IMG/VR virus record: IMGVR_UViG_3300045988_180913
Origin: a virus
Reading direction: 5' to 3' (one strand)
Length of the DNA stretch: 64,000 nt
Of this stretch, positions 1 to 7,426 are shown in pieces (positions within the stretch are counted from its first letter, which is position 1; the number at the start of each line of letters is the position of its first letter). The position numbers and the translations under genes were made by a program. The notes beneath the pieces were generated by a model. That model did no database searches. It was not told the origin of the DNA and was given only the letters and a program-made list of their open reading frames with translations.

Positions 1-54
<54 letters not shown>

Positions 55-87
55 AAAACCAACAGACAACGAAAGGAATACTAAAAA

Positions 88-423
88 ATGAAATTTAAAA
101 ATCCATATTTTAATGAAGTTGAAAAAATAGAAATGATTCAAAGGTGGATCTTACTTCATAGTTATTTGTATTATGAACTTGATAATAGTATAACATCAGA
201 TGCAAATTATAATGCTAATGCACAACAACTTATTTACTTAAAAAATAAATACCCGAAAGAATTTAAAGAAACAAGATATTATAAATATTTTTATGATTTT
301 GAATCAAGTACAGGTTTTGATTTAATTTCAAGAATAAAAGATAAGAATGATAAGGTGCTAATAAATGCTTTAAAATTGGATGCAAACATTTTAATGAAAT
401 TAAAAGAGAAAGAAAATGAATAA
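88..423 (+). CDS. hypothetical protein with NAD-dependent DNA ligase domain-Ia-like motif
   Basis: 111-aa ORF. HSYLYYELDNSITSDANYNANAQQLIYLKNKYP follows the LigA N-terminal pattern (YLY..D.P.IsD.eYD.L...L..L...yP). No adenylation domain follows. Confidence 0.35.
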   Translation: MKFKNPYFNEVEKIEMIQRWILLHSYLYYELDNSITSDANYNANAQQLIYLKNKYPKEFKETRYYKYFYDFESSTGFDLISRIKDKNDKVLINALKLDANILMKLKEKENE

Positions 424-439
424 AATTTGATGTTGACTA

Positions 440-468
440 TTTACATTTTGGTTAAAATATGTTAGAAT
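440..468 (+). promoter_or_regulatory. sigma-A-type promoter (family copy P1)
   Basis: TTTACA (440-445), 17-nt spacer, TAGAAT (463-468). An AAATATAAATAAGGAA leader follows, as in the other copies. Downstream is ORF-less and carries structured RNA plus 2 tRNAs. Confidence 0.6.
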
Positions 469-547
469 AAAAATATAAATAAGGAATAAATTAAGAGAGG
501 AAAATAAATACACAAATTATTCAATGTGTATTTGACTTTATTTTTTG

Positions 548-660
548 GCTGGTTACATTTTGTCCTCCAATTACTGAAAACGAATCCGATTACTCCTTTA
601 TGATATATGATTGTGAATGTATGAACGACAACTTAACATCCTTTCAAAAATGTAGCCAGC
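548..660 (+). ncRNA. candidate structured RNA closed by a 14-bp long-range stem
   Basis: GCTGGTTACATTTT (548-561) pairs with AAAATGTAGCCAGC (647-660), with one G.U pair. The stem encloses about 85 nt without an ORF. The element ends 6 nt before tRNA-Gln. Confidence 0.4.
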
Positions 661-666
661 AAATTT

Positions 667-741
667 AGGGATATTGCCAAGTGGTAAGGCAATGGAATTT
701 GACTCCATGATCCACAGGTTCGAATCCTGTTATCCCTGCCA
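667..741 (+). tRNA. tRNA-Gln (anticodon UUG), CCA encoded
   Basis: Hand-folded cloverleaf. Acceptor AGGGATA/TATCCCT. D-arm GCCAAGTGGTAAGGCA is like bacterial tRNA-Gln. Anticodon stem ATGGA/TCCAT with loop ATTTGAC. T-arm ACAGG-TTCGAAT-CCTGT. Discriminator G followed by CCA. Confidence 0.85.
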
Positions 742-745
742 ATTT

Positions 746-842
746 AAAAGTATGAATTGATAATAAAATATGCTACATTCTAAAAATTATTAGTTTATTT
801 AATTGTGACAAAGTTCTTCTATTTTATCAATTCATACTTTTT
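746..842 (+). ncRNA. candidate structured RNA / processing hairpin between the tRNAs
   Basis: Perfect 18-bp stem: AAAAGTATGAATTGATAA (746-763) pairs with TTATCAATTCATACTTTT (824-841). It encloses about 60 nt with no ORF and fills the tRNA-tRNA spacer almost exactly. Confidence 0.4.
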
Positions 843-847
843 AATAA

Positions 848-923
848 GGGCCATTAGCTCAATGGTAAGAGCAGCCGGCTCATAACCGGTTGGTTATAGG
901 TTCAAATCCTATATGGCCCACCA
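848..923 (+). tRNA. tRNA with CAU anticodon (Met, or more likely lysidine-type Ile2), CCA encoded
   Basis: Acceptor GGGCCAT/ATGGCCC. D-arm GCTC-AATGGTAA-GAGC. Anticodon stem GCCGG/CCGGT (G27.U43) with loop CTCATAA. T-arm ATAGG-TTCAAAT-CCTAT. G1-C72 argues against an initiator. C4-G69, C5-G68 and G27.U43 resemble tRNA-Ile2. Confidence 0.85.
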
Positions 924-979
924 AATAAGAAAATGTTAAATATTTAAATTTTAAAAAGGAGAAAAAACTTTAAATAAAA

Positions 980-1483
980 ATGGGGAAAAGAAATGGAAAA
1001 TTTTATAGCAAAAATGAAAAAGAAGTAATGAAAAGTTATGGTTTAGATGCTACACCAATGTCAGGAGCTGGGTGGCTAATTAAAGAAGATGGGCAAAATG
1101 AACATATAATAGCTCAATTAAAATCAACTGATTCAAATAGTTATAGAATAAGTTTAAATGACATTGATAAACTTGAATATCATGCTTTGGTTGAAAACAA
1201 AATACCATTATTCATTATAGAATTTTTACAAAGAAATGAAAGATATTTTGTTATAAGACCTGAAGATTTAATGAAATTAAGTAAATATTTAAAAATAGGA
1301 GAGTTTAAAGAAACAAATATATTAAATGAGTTAAATAAAAATGAAGAAAATATTGAAAATGATAAAATTAAAAAAATAACAAGTTCTAAAAAAGCTACAA
1401 AAAAGTTTTATGAAGAGCTTGAAAATGAAAGGAAAAGAAAGAATGAAAAGTTTAATAGCAGAAGATATGCTAATAAGAAATGA
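980..1483 (+). CDS. Hjc/PD-(D/E)XK-fold nuclease-like protein with basic tail
   Basis: 167-aa ORF with an AGGAG RBS upstream. The layout SGAGWLIKEDG...IIAQLKST...IPLFIIEF resembles archaeal Hjc (SG..D...IEVK), but has Q where the catalytic E would be. Confidence 0.35.
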   Translation: MGKRNGKFYSKNEKEVMKSYGLDATPMSGAGWLIKEDGQNEHIIAQLKSTDSNSYRISLNDIDKLEYHALVENKIPLFIIEFLQRNERYFVIRPEDLMKLSKYLKIGEFKETNILNELNKNEENIENDKIKKITSSKKATKKFYEELENERKRKNEKFNSRRYANKK

Positions 1484-1742
1484 TTTAAAAAATTATATTG
1501 ATAAAAGTAAAGTAAATTTAAAAAGAAAATTAATAATAGGAAACAAATATGCAATAAAAACAAAAGAACCAAATAAGATGTCAATGTATACAAATGATAA
1601 TAAATTTTTAGGATTTATAGGAATAAATAATTGTATGCTTTTGTTTGAAACAAAAGTTGGATATAATATTACTTTATCAATAAAAGATATATGTTTAAAT
1701 GTATCATGTATAAAAAATGAAAATGGAGAAATAATAAAATGA
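1410..1742 (+). CDS. hypothetical protein (start uncertain; internal ATGs at 1443 and 1467)
   Basis: ORF track. It overlaps the upstream gene by 74 nt if it starts at 1410, so a later start is more likely. Confidence 0.5.
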   Translation: MKSLKMKGKERMKSLIAEDMLIRNDLKNYIDKSKVNLKRKLIIGNKYAIKTKEPNKMSMYTNDNKFLGFIGINNCMLLFETKVGYNITLSIKDICLNVSCIKNENGEIIK

Positions 1743-2098
1743 AAAAAGTAAAAGTATTATTAGAGGTTCAATATGATGGTCACTCAGTAAAAAGAAATAC
1801 ATCTATTGATTTAAAATTTAAAGCACCATATTCAGAGCTTGTGAATTGTTTAAATTTGCTACAACTTTTAAATTGTAATGTAAGATTGATAGCTAAAGTA
1901 AATAATAAAAACAAATATGAGATAGGTACTTTCTATTTGAATAATTTGTCAATAGATAGAGATGGTGAATCAAATATAAAGTTCAATTCAGAGGTTGATT
2001 ATGTTGAATTGAATAACATCAACCTGTTGACGGAAAAAGAAACAATAATAAAACTTTTATGTACAGGTGAAGTACAAGAAGAAGATGATGAAGAGTAA
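1739..2098 (+). CDS. hypothetical protein, acidic C-terminus
   Basis: 119-aa ORF. ATGA overlap coupling with the upstream ORF. Confidence 0.6.
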   Translation: MKKVKVLLEVQYDGHSVKRNTSIDLKFKAPYSELVNCLNLLQLLNCNVRLIAKVNNKNKYEIGTFYLNNLSIDRDGESNIKFNSEVDYVELNNINLLTEKETIIKLLCTGEVQEEDDEE

Positions 2099-2132
2099 AA
2101 AATAAATTAAATATTGAAAAGAGGTAAAATAA

Positions 2133-2351
2133 TTGAAAGAAGGAATATCTTATATAACTTTAAAAAATATTTCAAAAATAATAAAAAGCACAGAAGAAGA
2201 GGTAAAAGAAATTTTTGATAATTCTTCTTTAATTGAACCAATTAATTCTGACTTGGTTTTGTCAAAGAGAAATATGGCATATAATAAAATAAAAGCTGAA
2301 ATTAAAAATTTTAAAAAAGAAATAAAAAAGAAAAAAACAGAGGAGGAATGA
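2133..2351 (+). CDS. hypothetical protein
   Basis: 72-aa ORF with a TTG start preceded by AAGAGGT. Confidence 0.5.
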   Translation: MKEGISYITLKNISKIIKSTEEEVKEIFDNSSLIEPINSDLVLSKRNMAYNKIKAEIKNFKKEIKKKKTEEE

Positions 2352-2352
2352 A

Positions 2353-2580
2353 ATGGAAAACGGGTTTAAAATTATATCAACATGTAATATTACACAAAAT
2401 AAACAACTTGTAATATCAAAGAATAAAAATGATGAAATAGTGGTTGCAAAAAGATTTACAGTATTTGATGAAGGGTTTGAAAAATTTATTTATGAAAAAG
2501 GTGCTACAATTTTAAACATAGATGAATTTAAAAAGCTTATTGATAATGTAAAAGAATATTTTTTATATGAAGAAAAATAA
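2353..2580 (+). CDS. hypothetical protein
   Basis: 75-aa ORF. GGAGGA RBS sits 6 nt upstream. Confidence 0.6.
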   Translation: MENGFKIISTCNITQNKQLVISKNKNDEIVVAKRFTVFDEGFEKFIYEKGATILNIDEFKKLIDNVKEYFLYEEK

Positions 2581-2589
2581 AGAAAACTA

Positions 2590-2618
2590 TTTACAAAAGC
2601 ATTTATATGTGTTACTAT
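2590..2618 (+). promoter_or_regulatory. sigma-A-type promoter (family copy P2)
   Basis: CTATTTACA box. TTTACA (2590-2595), 17 nt, TGT-TACTAT (2610-2618). Confidence 0.6.
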
Positions 2619-2698
2619 TAATATAGAAAATAATAAAAATCTAAAAAACCTTTAAATAAAATAAAGGTTAGAAAATGAAAAAGAAAAGAGGTATAAAA

Positions 2699-3208
2699 AT
2701 GGCTAAGAATTGGACAGTAAGTGAAGTAGTAAATGAAATTATGAGTGGAAACAAGAATGAAGTTTTCACAGATGCAGGTAAAAGATTTCCTAATGCAGTT
2801 GCATTAATTAATGGAGTAATTTGTGGACTTTCTAATGAAGATGCAAAGGAAGCATTTAAGGAATTAATGGGTGCAATGCCAGATTGGGCTACCGCAAGAA
2901 AGATTGAAGGTGCTTTTAAGGCAAAGGCTTCTGAAGATGATTCTGATGAAGATGAAGAAGAGGAAAAGAAAACCACAAAGAAAGCAAGAAAGACACCTGC
3001 AAAGAAAACTAAGAAGGCTTCTGATGACGACGATGACGACGATGATGAAGAAGAGGAAGACGATTCTGACGAAGATGAGGATGATGAAGAAGAGGAAGTA
3101 AAGAAGCCTGCAAGAAAGTCTAAGAAAGCATCTGCAAAAAAGACTACAAAAAAGTCTAAGAAGGTTGAGGAAGACGACGAAGATGATGACGATGATTGGG
3201 ACATCTAA
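2699..3208 (+). CDS. block-polyampholyte protein: globular N-domain plus alternating poly-D/E and histone-H1-like K-rich tracts
   Basis: ORF 2675..3208. The likely start is ATG 2699, after AAAGAGGT. Sequence contains DDSDEDEEEE, KKTTKKARKTPAKKTKKAS, DDDDDDDDEEEEDDSDEDEDDEEEE, KKPARKSKKASAKKTTKKSKK, and ends EEDDEDDDDDWDI. The gene has its own promoter and terminator. Confidence 0.75.
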   Translation: MAKNWTVSEVVNEIMSGNKNEVFTDAGKRFPNAVALINGVICGLSNEDAKEAFKELMGAMPDWATARKIEGAFKAKASEDDSDEDEEEEKKTTKKARKTPAKKTKKASDDDDDDDDEEEEDDSDEDEDDEEEEVKKPARKSKKASAKKTTKKSKKVEEDDEDDDDDWDI

Positions 3209-3254
3209 TCAATAGAATATAAAATGTAACCTAAAATCTCTTAAATCCCTATTT

Positions 3255-3301
3255 AGCCTATTTGTTGAAAACTTAATAAGTGCAACAAATAGGCTTTTAT
3301 T
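3255..3301 (+). terminator. rho-independent terminator
   Basis: 13-bp perfect stem AGCCTATTTGTTG (3255-3267) / CAACAAATAGGCT (3283-3295), followed by TTTTATT. Confidence 0.8.
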
Positions 3302-3320
3302 GATATTAAAGGTTTTCAAA

Positions 3321-3665
3321 ATGAAAATAATAGAGGTACAATATTTTAGTGAAAATGAAATGAAAGAAATGTTGTTATATAACAACTCAGCTTTAATGAA
3401 GTCATTGTTATTATTGTATGAATGCCAAACTGAAGAAGAAAAGAAGATAGGTGAATCATTCAATAAAAACAATGCTGGGTTTAACAAATATGATTCAAGT
3501 ATTTTAACAAAATATTCAAAAGAATTAAAGGATAAAGGAGGTTTGTACAAATATCAAATAAAAGAGTTAAGAAAAAGAATATTAAAATATAATAAACAAA
3601 TTACAAAAATAATAAATAATAAAAAGGCAAAAGAAGAAGGTGTACAATTAAAATGGGAAATATAA
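3321..3665 (+). CDS. hypothetical protein
   Basis: ORF 3300..3665. The likely start is ATG 3321 (MKIIEVQ). Confidence 0.55.
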   Translation: MKIIEVQYFSENEMKEMLLYNNSALMKSLLLLYECQTEEEKKIGESFNKNNAGFNKYDSSILTKYSKELKDKGGLYKYQIKELRKRILKYNKQITKIINNKKAKEEGVQLKWEI

Positions 3666-4006
3666 TGAAAGATGTAAATATTGATGAAGTACCATTATTA
3701 GATTGTAGGTACAAAGAAAATAGTAAAATACTTATTAAATTATTCAATGATATGAAACCTGTAAAAAACAAAAATTTATCATATCAAAATGACTTTAAAA
3801 ATGATCTTGATAATATTGAAGAATTAATGAATATGATATGTAAGAAGAAGAAAAAAGAAATATCAGCAATATCATATTTTAAAAATAAACAATATTGTAT
3901 GGTGTATGATAAAAGTTTTAAATCAAAATTAATATTAGCAACAATATATTCTCATAAGTTAAATGAATTATTCTTAAAAGTATGTGTATATTGTTATTAT
4001 AAATAG
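3665..4006 (+). CDS. hypothetical protein
   Basis: ORF 3653..4006. TAATG coupling at 3665 is the likely start. Confidence 0.5.
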   Translation: MKDVNIDEVPLLDCRYKENSKILIKLFNDMKPVKNKNLSYQNDFKNDLDNIEELMNMICKKKKKEISAISYFKNKQYCMVYDKSFKSKLILATIYSHKLNELFLKVCVYCYYK

Positions 4007-4025
4007 AAAAAAGGTGTGTAAAGAA

Positions 4026-4493
4026 ATGAAAAAAGAAATAAAATTAGATATATATACAGACGGTGCATGTTCAGGAAATCCTGGAAAAGGTGGTTGGTCT
4101 TTTGTGGTTACAAATGGCACAGAAAAGTTAAAATCTTTTAGTGGTGGTGAACTATCAACGACCAATAATAGAATGGAACTTACTGCAATAGTTGAAGCAT
4201 TAAAATATATTGAAAAAATAAAAGAAAAAAATGAAAAACAAAAACTATATGTAAGAATATTTTCAGATTCTTCATATTGTGTAAATGCATTAAATCAAAG
4301 ATGGATAAAGAAATGGCTAAATAATAATTGGACAACAAGCAAAGGTACTCCTGTGTTAAATAAAGATTTGTGGCTTGAAATAAATAAATTTGATAAATTG
4401 ATAGATTTTCAATTGATAAAAGTAAAAGGGCATTCAGGCAACATATATAATGAAGAATGTGATAAACTTGCAAAGGAAGCCATACCAAATTAA
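4026..4493 (+). CDS. rnhA: ribonuclease HI
   Basis: IYTDGACSGNPGKGGW, TTNNRMELTA, FSDSSY and VKGHSGNIYNEECDKLA match RNase HI along its full length, including the DEDD catalytic residues. Start taken at the internal ATG 4026. Confidence 0.9.
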   Translation: MKKEIKLDIYTDGACSGNPGKGGWSFVVTNGTEKLKSFSGGELSTTNNRMELTAIVEALKYIEKIKEKNEKQKLYVRIFSDSSYCVNALNQRWIKKWLNNNWTTSKGTPVLNKDLWLEINKFDKLIDFQLIKVKGHSGNIYNEECDKLAKEAIPN

Positions 4494-4514
4494 TAAAAAG
4501 AAGGAGTGCCTAAT

Positions 4515-4877
4515 ATGTTTGCTCTTGTTAAATTTTATGAAAAAGATTTTGTAAATGAATATGGTGATTTAAAAAAAGCATATTTAAATTCATGTAAATG
4601 GGTATCATCAAAAGTAATGTCAAAAAATATTGATAAAGTTGTATGGAAAACAATTAAATCTTCAGAAACAACCATAACTTTACAATTATTTTTTACATTG
4701 GATGTAAATGATGAAAAAAGGGAGCATTGTAAAGCATGTAAAGAGTTTCATAAATCATTCTTTATAAATGAGGAATATAATTGCAATTCATGCAAATTAA
4801 ATGCTTTTTTCAATAGAATGAAAAGTAAAGAAAATGTAAGTAAAGGATACTTTAAAGAAAAAATAAAGAAAGAATAA
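4515..4877 (+). CDS. hypothetical Cys-cluster protein
   Basis: AAGGAG RBS (4501-4506) lies 8 nt before ATG 4515. Contains a CKACKEF...CNSCK zinc-ribbon-like cluster. Confidence 0.6.
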   Translation: MFALVKFYEKDFVNEYGDLKKAYLNSCKWVSSKVMSKNIDKVVWKTIKSSETTITLQLFFTLDVNDEKREHCKACKEFHKSFFINEEYNCNSCKLNAFFNRMKSKENVSKGYFKEKIKKE

Positions 4878-4891
4878 AGGGAGGGAAAGTT

Positions 4892-5569
4892 TTGCCACCT
4901 AAAATGAAAAAGGTGTCTCAATACACGGAGGAAGAGCTTTTAAATTTTTCAAGAGAAGAAATGATAGATGGAATGACAGATAGAGAAGTAGCCTTTAGTG
5001 AATATTATATAAATGATTTTAATATTAAAATGGCTGCAATAAAAGCCGGCTACAAAACAATGTCAAATAAAACAATATCAAAGCTTGTAAGAAATAAACA
5101 ATGTGTTATTGATTATATTGCTTGGTTAAAAGTAAGATTATATCATAAAGCAGCAATAAGTGCAGAAGATATATTAAACGGATATGCAAAAATGGCATTT
5201 TATGATATAACTGATTATATTGAAAAAAGAGGAAATAAAATAGTTTTAAAGGACTTTGATAAAATAGATGGTCAAATAATACAAGAGATAACACAAAATG
5301 CTTCAGGTGGTATAACAATTAAGTTCCCTGATAGATTAAAAGCTTATGATAAGTTAGAGAATTATATGGACAATAACCCATATGATTGGAAGAGAAGAAT
5401 GGAAGAACAAAAGCTCGAGATAATGAAGGAAAGAATTAATATTGAAAAATCAAAAGCAGGTTTAATAAATGAAATTGAGGATGATGGGTTCCTTGACGCA
5501 TTGGAAAAAGCTGCATCATTGATGAATGAAAATGATATAGAAGAGGGAAATGTTGAAAATGGAGCCTAA
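4892..5569 (+). CDS. terS: terminase small subunit (Terminase_2-like)
   Basis: REVAFSEYYINDFNIKMAAIKAGYKTMSNKTISKLVRNKQCVIDYI matches the F..EY....N...AA..AGYS HTH pattern. TTG start after GGGAGGGA, with an alternative ATG at 4904. Confidence 0.75.
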   Translation: MPPKMKKVSQYTEEELLNFSREEMIDGMTDREVAFSEYYINDFNIKMAAIKAGYKTMSNKTISKLVRNKQCVIDYIAWLKVRLYHKAAISAEDILNGYAKMAFYDITDYIEKRGNKIVLKDFDKIDGQIIQEITQNASGGITIKFPDRLKAYDKLENYMDNNPYDWKRRMEEQKLEIMKERINIEKSKAGLINEIEDDGFLDALEKAASLMNENDIEEGNVENGA

Positions 5570-5969
5570 TTGCACATTAATTTTTGTAATTGATAAAAAT
5601 GATAATATATTGCTTTTAAATAGAGAAAATGAACCAGCAAAAGGTACATGGTGTGGTATCGGTGGAAATATAGAAAAAGATGAAACAATATATGATTGTG
5701 CAAAAAGAGAGTTGCATGAAGAAACAGGAATAAAAACAAATAAACTTAAATTATTAGGAAAGTATGACAAAATAGAATCATATATTTTTGTGCTTATTGT
5801 AAATGATTTAAAAGAAATATACAAAAAAGACTTAATAAAAACAAAAGAAGGTATTTTGTCAATAAAGAAATTAAGATGGACATTAGAAAATAATGAAGGT
5901 ATAGTTGAAGAAACAAGAAATGCATTAAACTTTGTAATTAATAAGTTAGGAGGAAATAAAGATGAGTAA
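5559..5969 (+). CDS. Nudix hydrolase
   Basis: Nudix box GGNIEKDETIYDCAKRELHEETGI (G.5E.7REuXEEXGu). The likely start is ATG 5559, downstream of GAGGGA. Confidence 0.85.
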   Translation: MEPNCTLIFVIDKNDNILLLNRENEPAKGTWCGIGGNIEKDETIYDCAKRELHEETGIKTNKLKLLGKYDKIESYIFVLIVNDLKEIYKKDLIKTKEGILSIKKLRWTLENNEGIVEETRNALNFVINKLGGNKDE

Positions 5970-6228
5970 ATTAAATTTAAGTTTAATTGTTGAAAGTGAA
6001 AATGAAACAAAAGATATTTTAATGGATATGCTAATGAACTATGATAATTTGCATATTTATAAAGTAAAGAAGCAAGAAAATATTATAAACACAGAAACAA
6101 AAGAAATAAAAAAAGGAAGTTATAAAATAGATTTTATTTTTGAAAAAGAAAGTAAAAATGCAGAAATAACATTAGAAGGAAGGCCAAAAAACTTATTAAA
6201 AACAAATACTATAGAGAGTGAAAATTAA
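5962..6228 (+). CDS. hypothetical protein
   Basis: 88-aa ORF with a GGAGGAA RBS upstream. Confidence 0.6.
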   Translation: MSKLNLSLIVESENETKDILMDMLMNYDNLHIYKVKKQENIINTETKEIKKGSYKIDFIFEKESKNAEITLEGRPKNLLKTNTIESEN

Positions 6229-6249
6229 AAGATATTTAGTAAAAATCTA

Positions 6250-6278
6250 TTTACAAACACTATATAATGTGTTAAAAT
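6250..6278 (+). promoter_or_regulatory. sigma-A-type promoter (family copy P3) with conserved leader
   Basis: AATCTATTTACAAACAC. TTTACA (6250-6255), 17 nt, TGT-TAAAAT (6270-6278). The leader ATAAATATAAGGAA...TTAGTTAAAAATTTAGGAGG runs to ATG 6326. Confidence 0.7.
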
Positions 6279-6325
6279 ATAAATATAAGGAACAAAGGTT
6301 AGTTAAAAATTTAGGAGGCAAGTGA

Positions 6326-6748
6326 ATGACAAATTTTGAAAAGTATCATGAAGAAATGATTGAGAAAAAATATAGAGCCGTGAAAGACGGAAAACCTATA
6401 TCATGTAAAAGCGCTGGTTGTTCAGAGTGTGAACTTTACGATGAAGACTCAACATGTACTTATTCATTGCTAAAATGGCTGGCGAAAGAGTACAAAGAAC
6501 CAAAACTGAAGCTGACAGAAAAAGAGATGTATTTATGTAAATCGTTAAGTAGTGGGTATATAGTAAGAGATATGAACGGTGACTTATACTTTTATGCAAG
6601 TAAGCCTGGAAAAGGTGTTTATGCATGGTGGTGTGGTAATGGTGAAATTTGCAGGCTTCCCCTAATTCCATGGTTTTCATTCATCAAATGGGAAGACAAA
6701 GAACCGCATAGCATTGAGGAAATGCTTACATGGGATGTGGAGAAATAG
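6326..6748 (+). CDS. hypothetical Cys4-module protein (paralogue group with 7407 and 7657)
   Basis: Contains CKSAGCSECELYDEDSTCTYSLLKWLAKE. Visibly richer in G/C codons than its neighbours. Confidence 0.6.
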   Translation: MTNFEKYHEEMIEKKYRAVKDGKPISCKSAGCSECELYDEDSTCTYSLLKWLAKEYKEPKLKLTEKEMYLCKSLSSGYIVRDMNGDLYFYASKPGKGVYAWWCGNGEICRLPLIPWFSFIKWEDKEPHSIEEMLTWDVEK

Positions 6749-6915
6749 TTGCGGAATATATCGAAAAGTATGAAAAAAATAGGGTAGAAAAACAAAATAA
6801 GAAAAAATATAAATATAGAAAGGCAAAGAAAATGAAAAAATTTTTAGAAATAATTACAGGTGGTATTGTAGGTATATCAATTATGTTCTTATTGTATATA
6901 GCACCAACATTATGA
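6730..6915 (+). CDS. small membrane protein
   Basis: Basic N-terminus plus a C-terminal TM segment, ITGGIVGISIMFLLYIAPTL. Confidence 0.45.
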   Translation: MGCGEIVAEYIEKYEKNRVEKQNKKKYKYRKAKKMKKFLEIITGGIVGISIMFLLYIAPTL

Positions 6916-7100
6916 AGAGAATAAATAGTGGAAAATTATCAATAGTTTATATTGATGGTGAAAAAATAAAAAGACTATTAATTGATTCATATGAATTTAA
7001 AACAAGAAAAGAAATTGTAAAATATTTGGAACAAAAATGGGAAATAAAAATAAATAAAGAAAACTTAAAAATAAAACCATTTAGAATATTGGAGGACTAA
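6912..7100 (+). CDS. hypothetical protein
   Basis: 62-aa ORF with ATGA coupling. Confidence 0.5.
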   Translation: MKRINSGKLSIVYIDGEKIKRLLIDSYEFKTRKEIVKYLEQKWEIKINKENLKIKPFRILED

Positions 7101-7105
7101 AGAAA

Positions 7106-7426
7106 ATGAATGATAAAAGCAATTATGAAAAAAGTGTTGAAAAAATATTTGAAGTAATAAGTAAAACGATAAAAGAAAAGCATAGTGAATATGCAACAAA
7201 TGATGATTATCACAATTTTAGATCATCTTCTATTTTATTAAATGAAACAATACCAGAAGCAATAGTAGGAATGATGGTAAAGCATACAATTTCAATATAT
7301 GATATGGTATGTGAATATGCTGAAGGTGCAAATTTTGAATTTGAAAAATGGGAAGAAAAAATAAAAGATCATATTATATATTTAATTAATTTATATTGTT
7401 ATTTGGATGAAACAGAAAATGTTTAA
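7106..7426 (+). CDS. hypothetical all-helical protein (possibly DUF1599/Nmad1-like)
   Basis: RBS GGAGGA. The KHSEYATNDDY...MMVKHTISIYDM...IKDHIIYLINLY layout faintly recalls DUF1599. Weak. Confidence 0.3.
   Translation: MNDKSNYEKSVEKIFEVISKTIKEKHSEYATNDDYHNFRSSSILLNETIPEAIVGMMVKHTISIYDMVCEYAEGANFEFEKWEEKIKDHIIYLINLYCYLDETENV

Noticed and set aside
506-546. Hairpin AAATACACA / TGTGTATTT after promoter P1 as a terminator
   Set aside because: The stem is a 9-bp all-A/T-rich helix. The U-tract is separated from it by GAC. This is too weak to call, so it is mentioned only as part of the structured leader.
2871-3101. 76-aa plus-strand alternative-frame ORF inside the polyampholyte gene
   Set aside because: It is a frame-shifted reading of the same purine-rich repeats and has no independent translation signals.
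2668-3204. 178-aa minus-strand ORF rich in poly-Ser
   Set aside because: It is the antisense reading of the GA-rich acidic/lysine repeat gene. It has no RBS and its low-complexity composition is an artefact of the repeats.
5516-6010. 164-aa minus-strand ORF, and the many other minus-strand ORFs in the track (for example 3209-3550, 29546-29884, 35957-36340, 52460-52792)
   Set aside because: All lie antisense to well-supported plus-strand genes and lack Shine-Dalgarno sequences. Their F/L/I/S/Y-rich composition is what AT-rich antisense frames produce. No convincing minus-strand gene was found.
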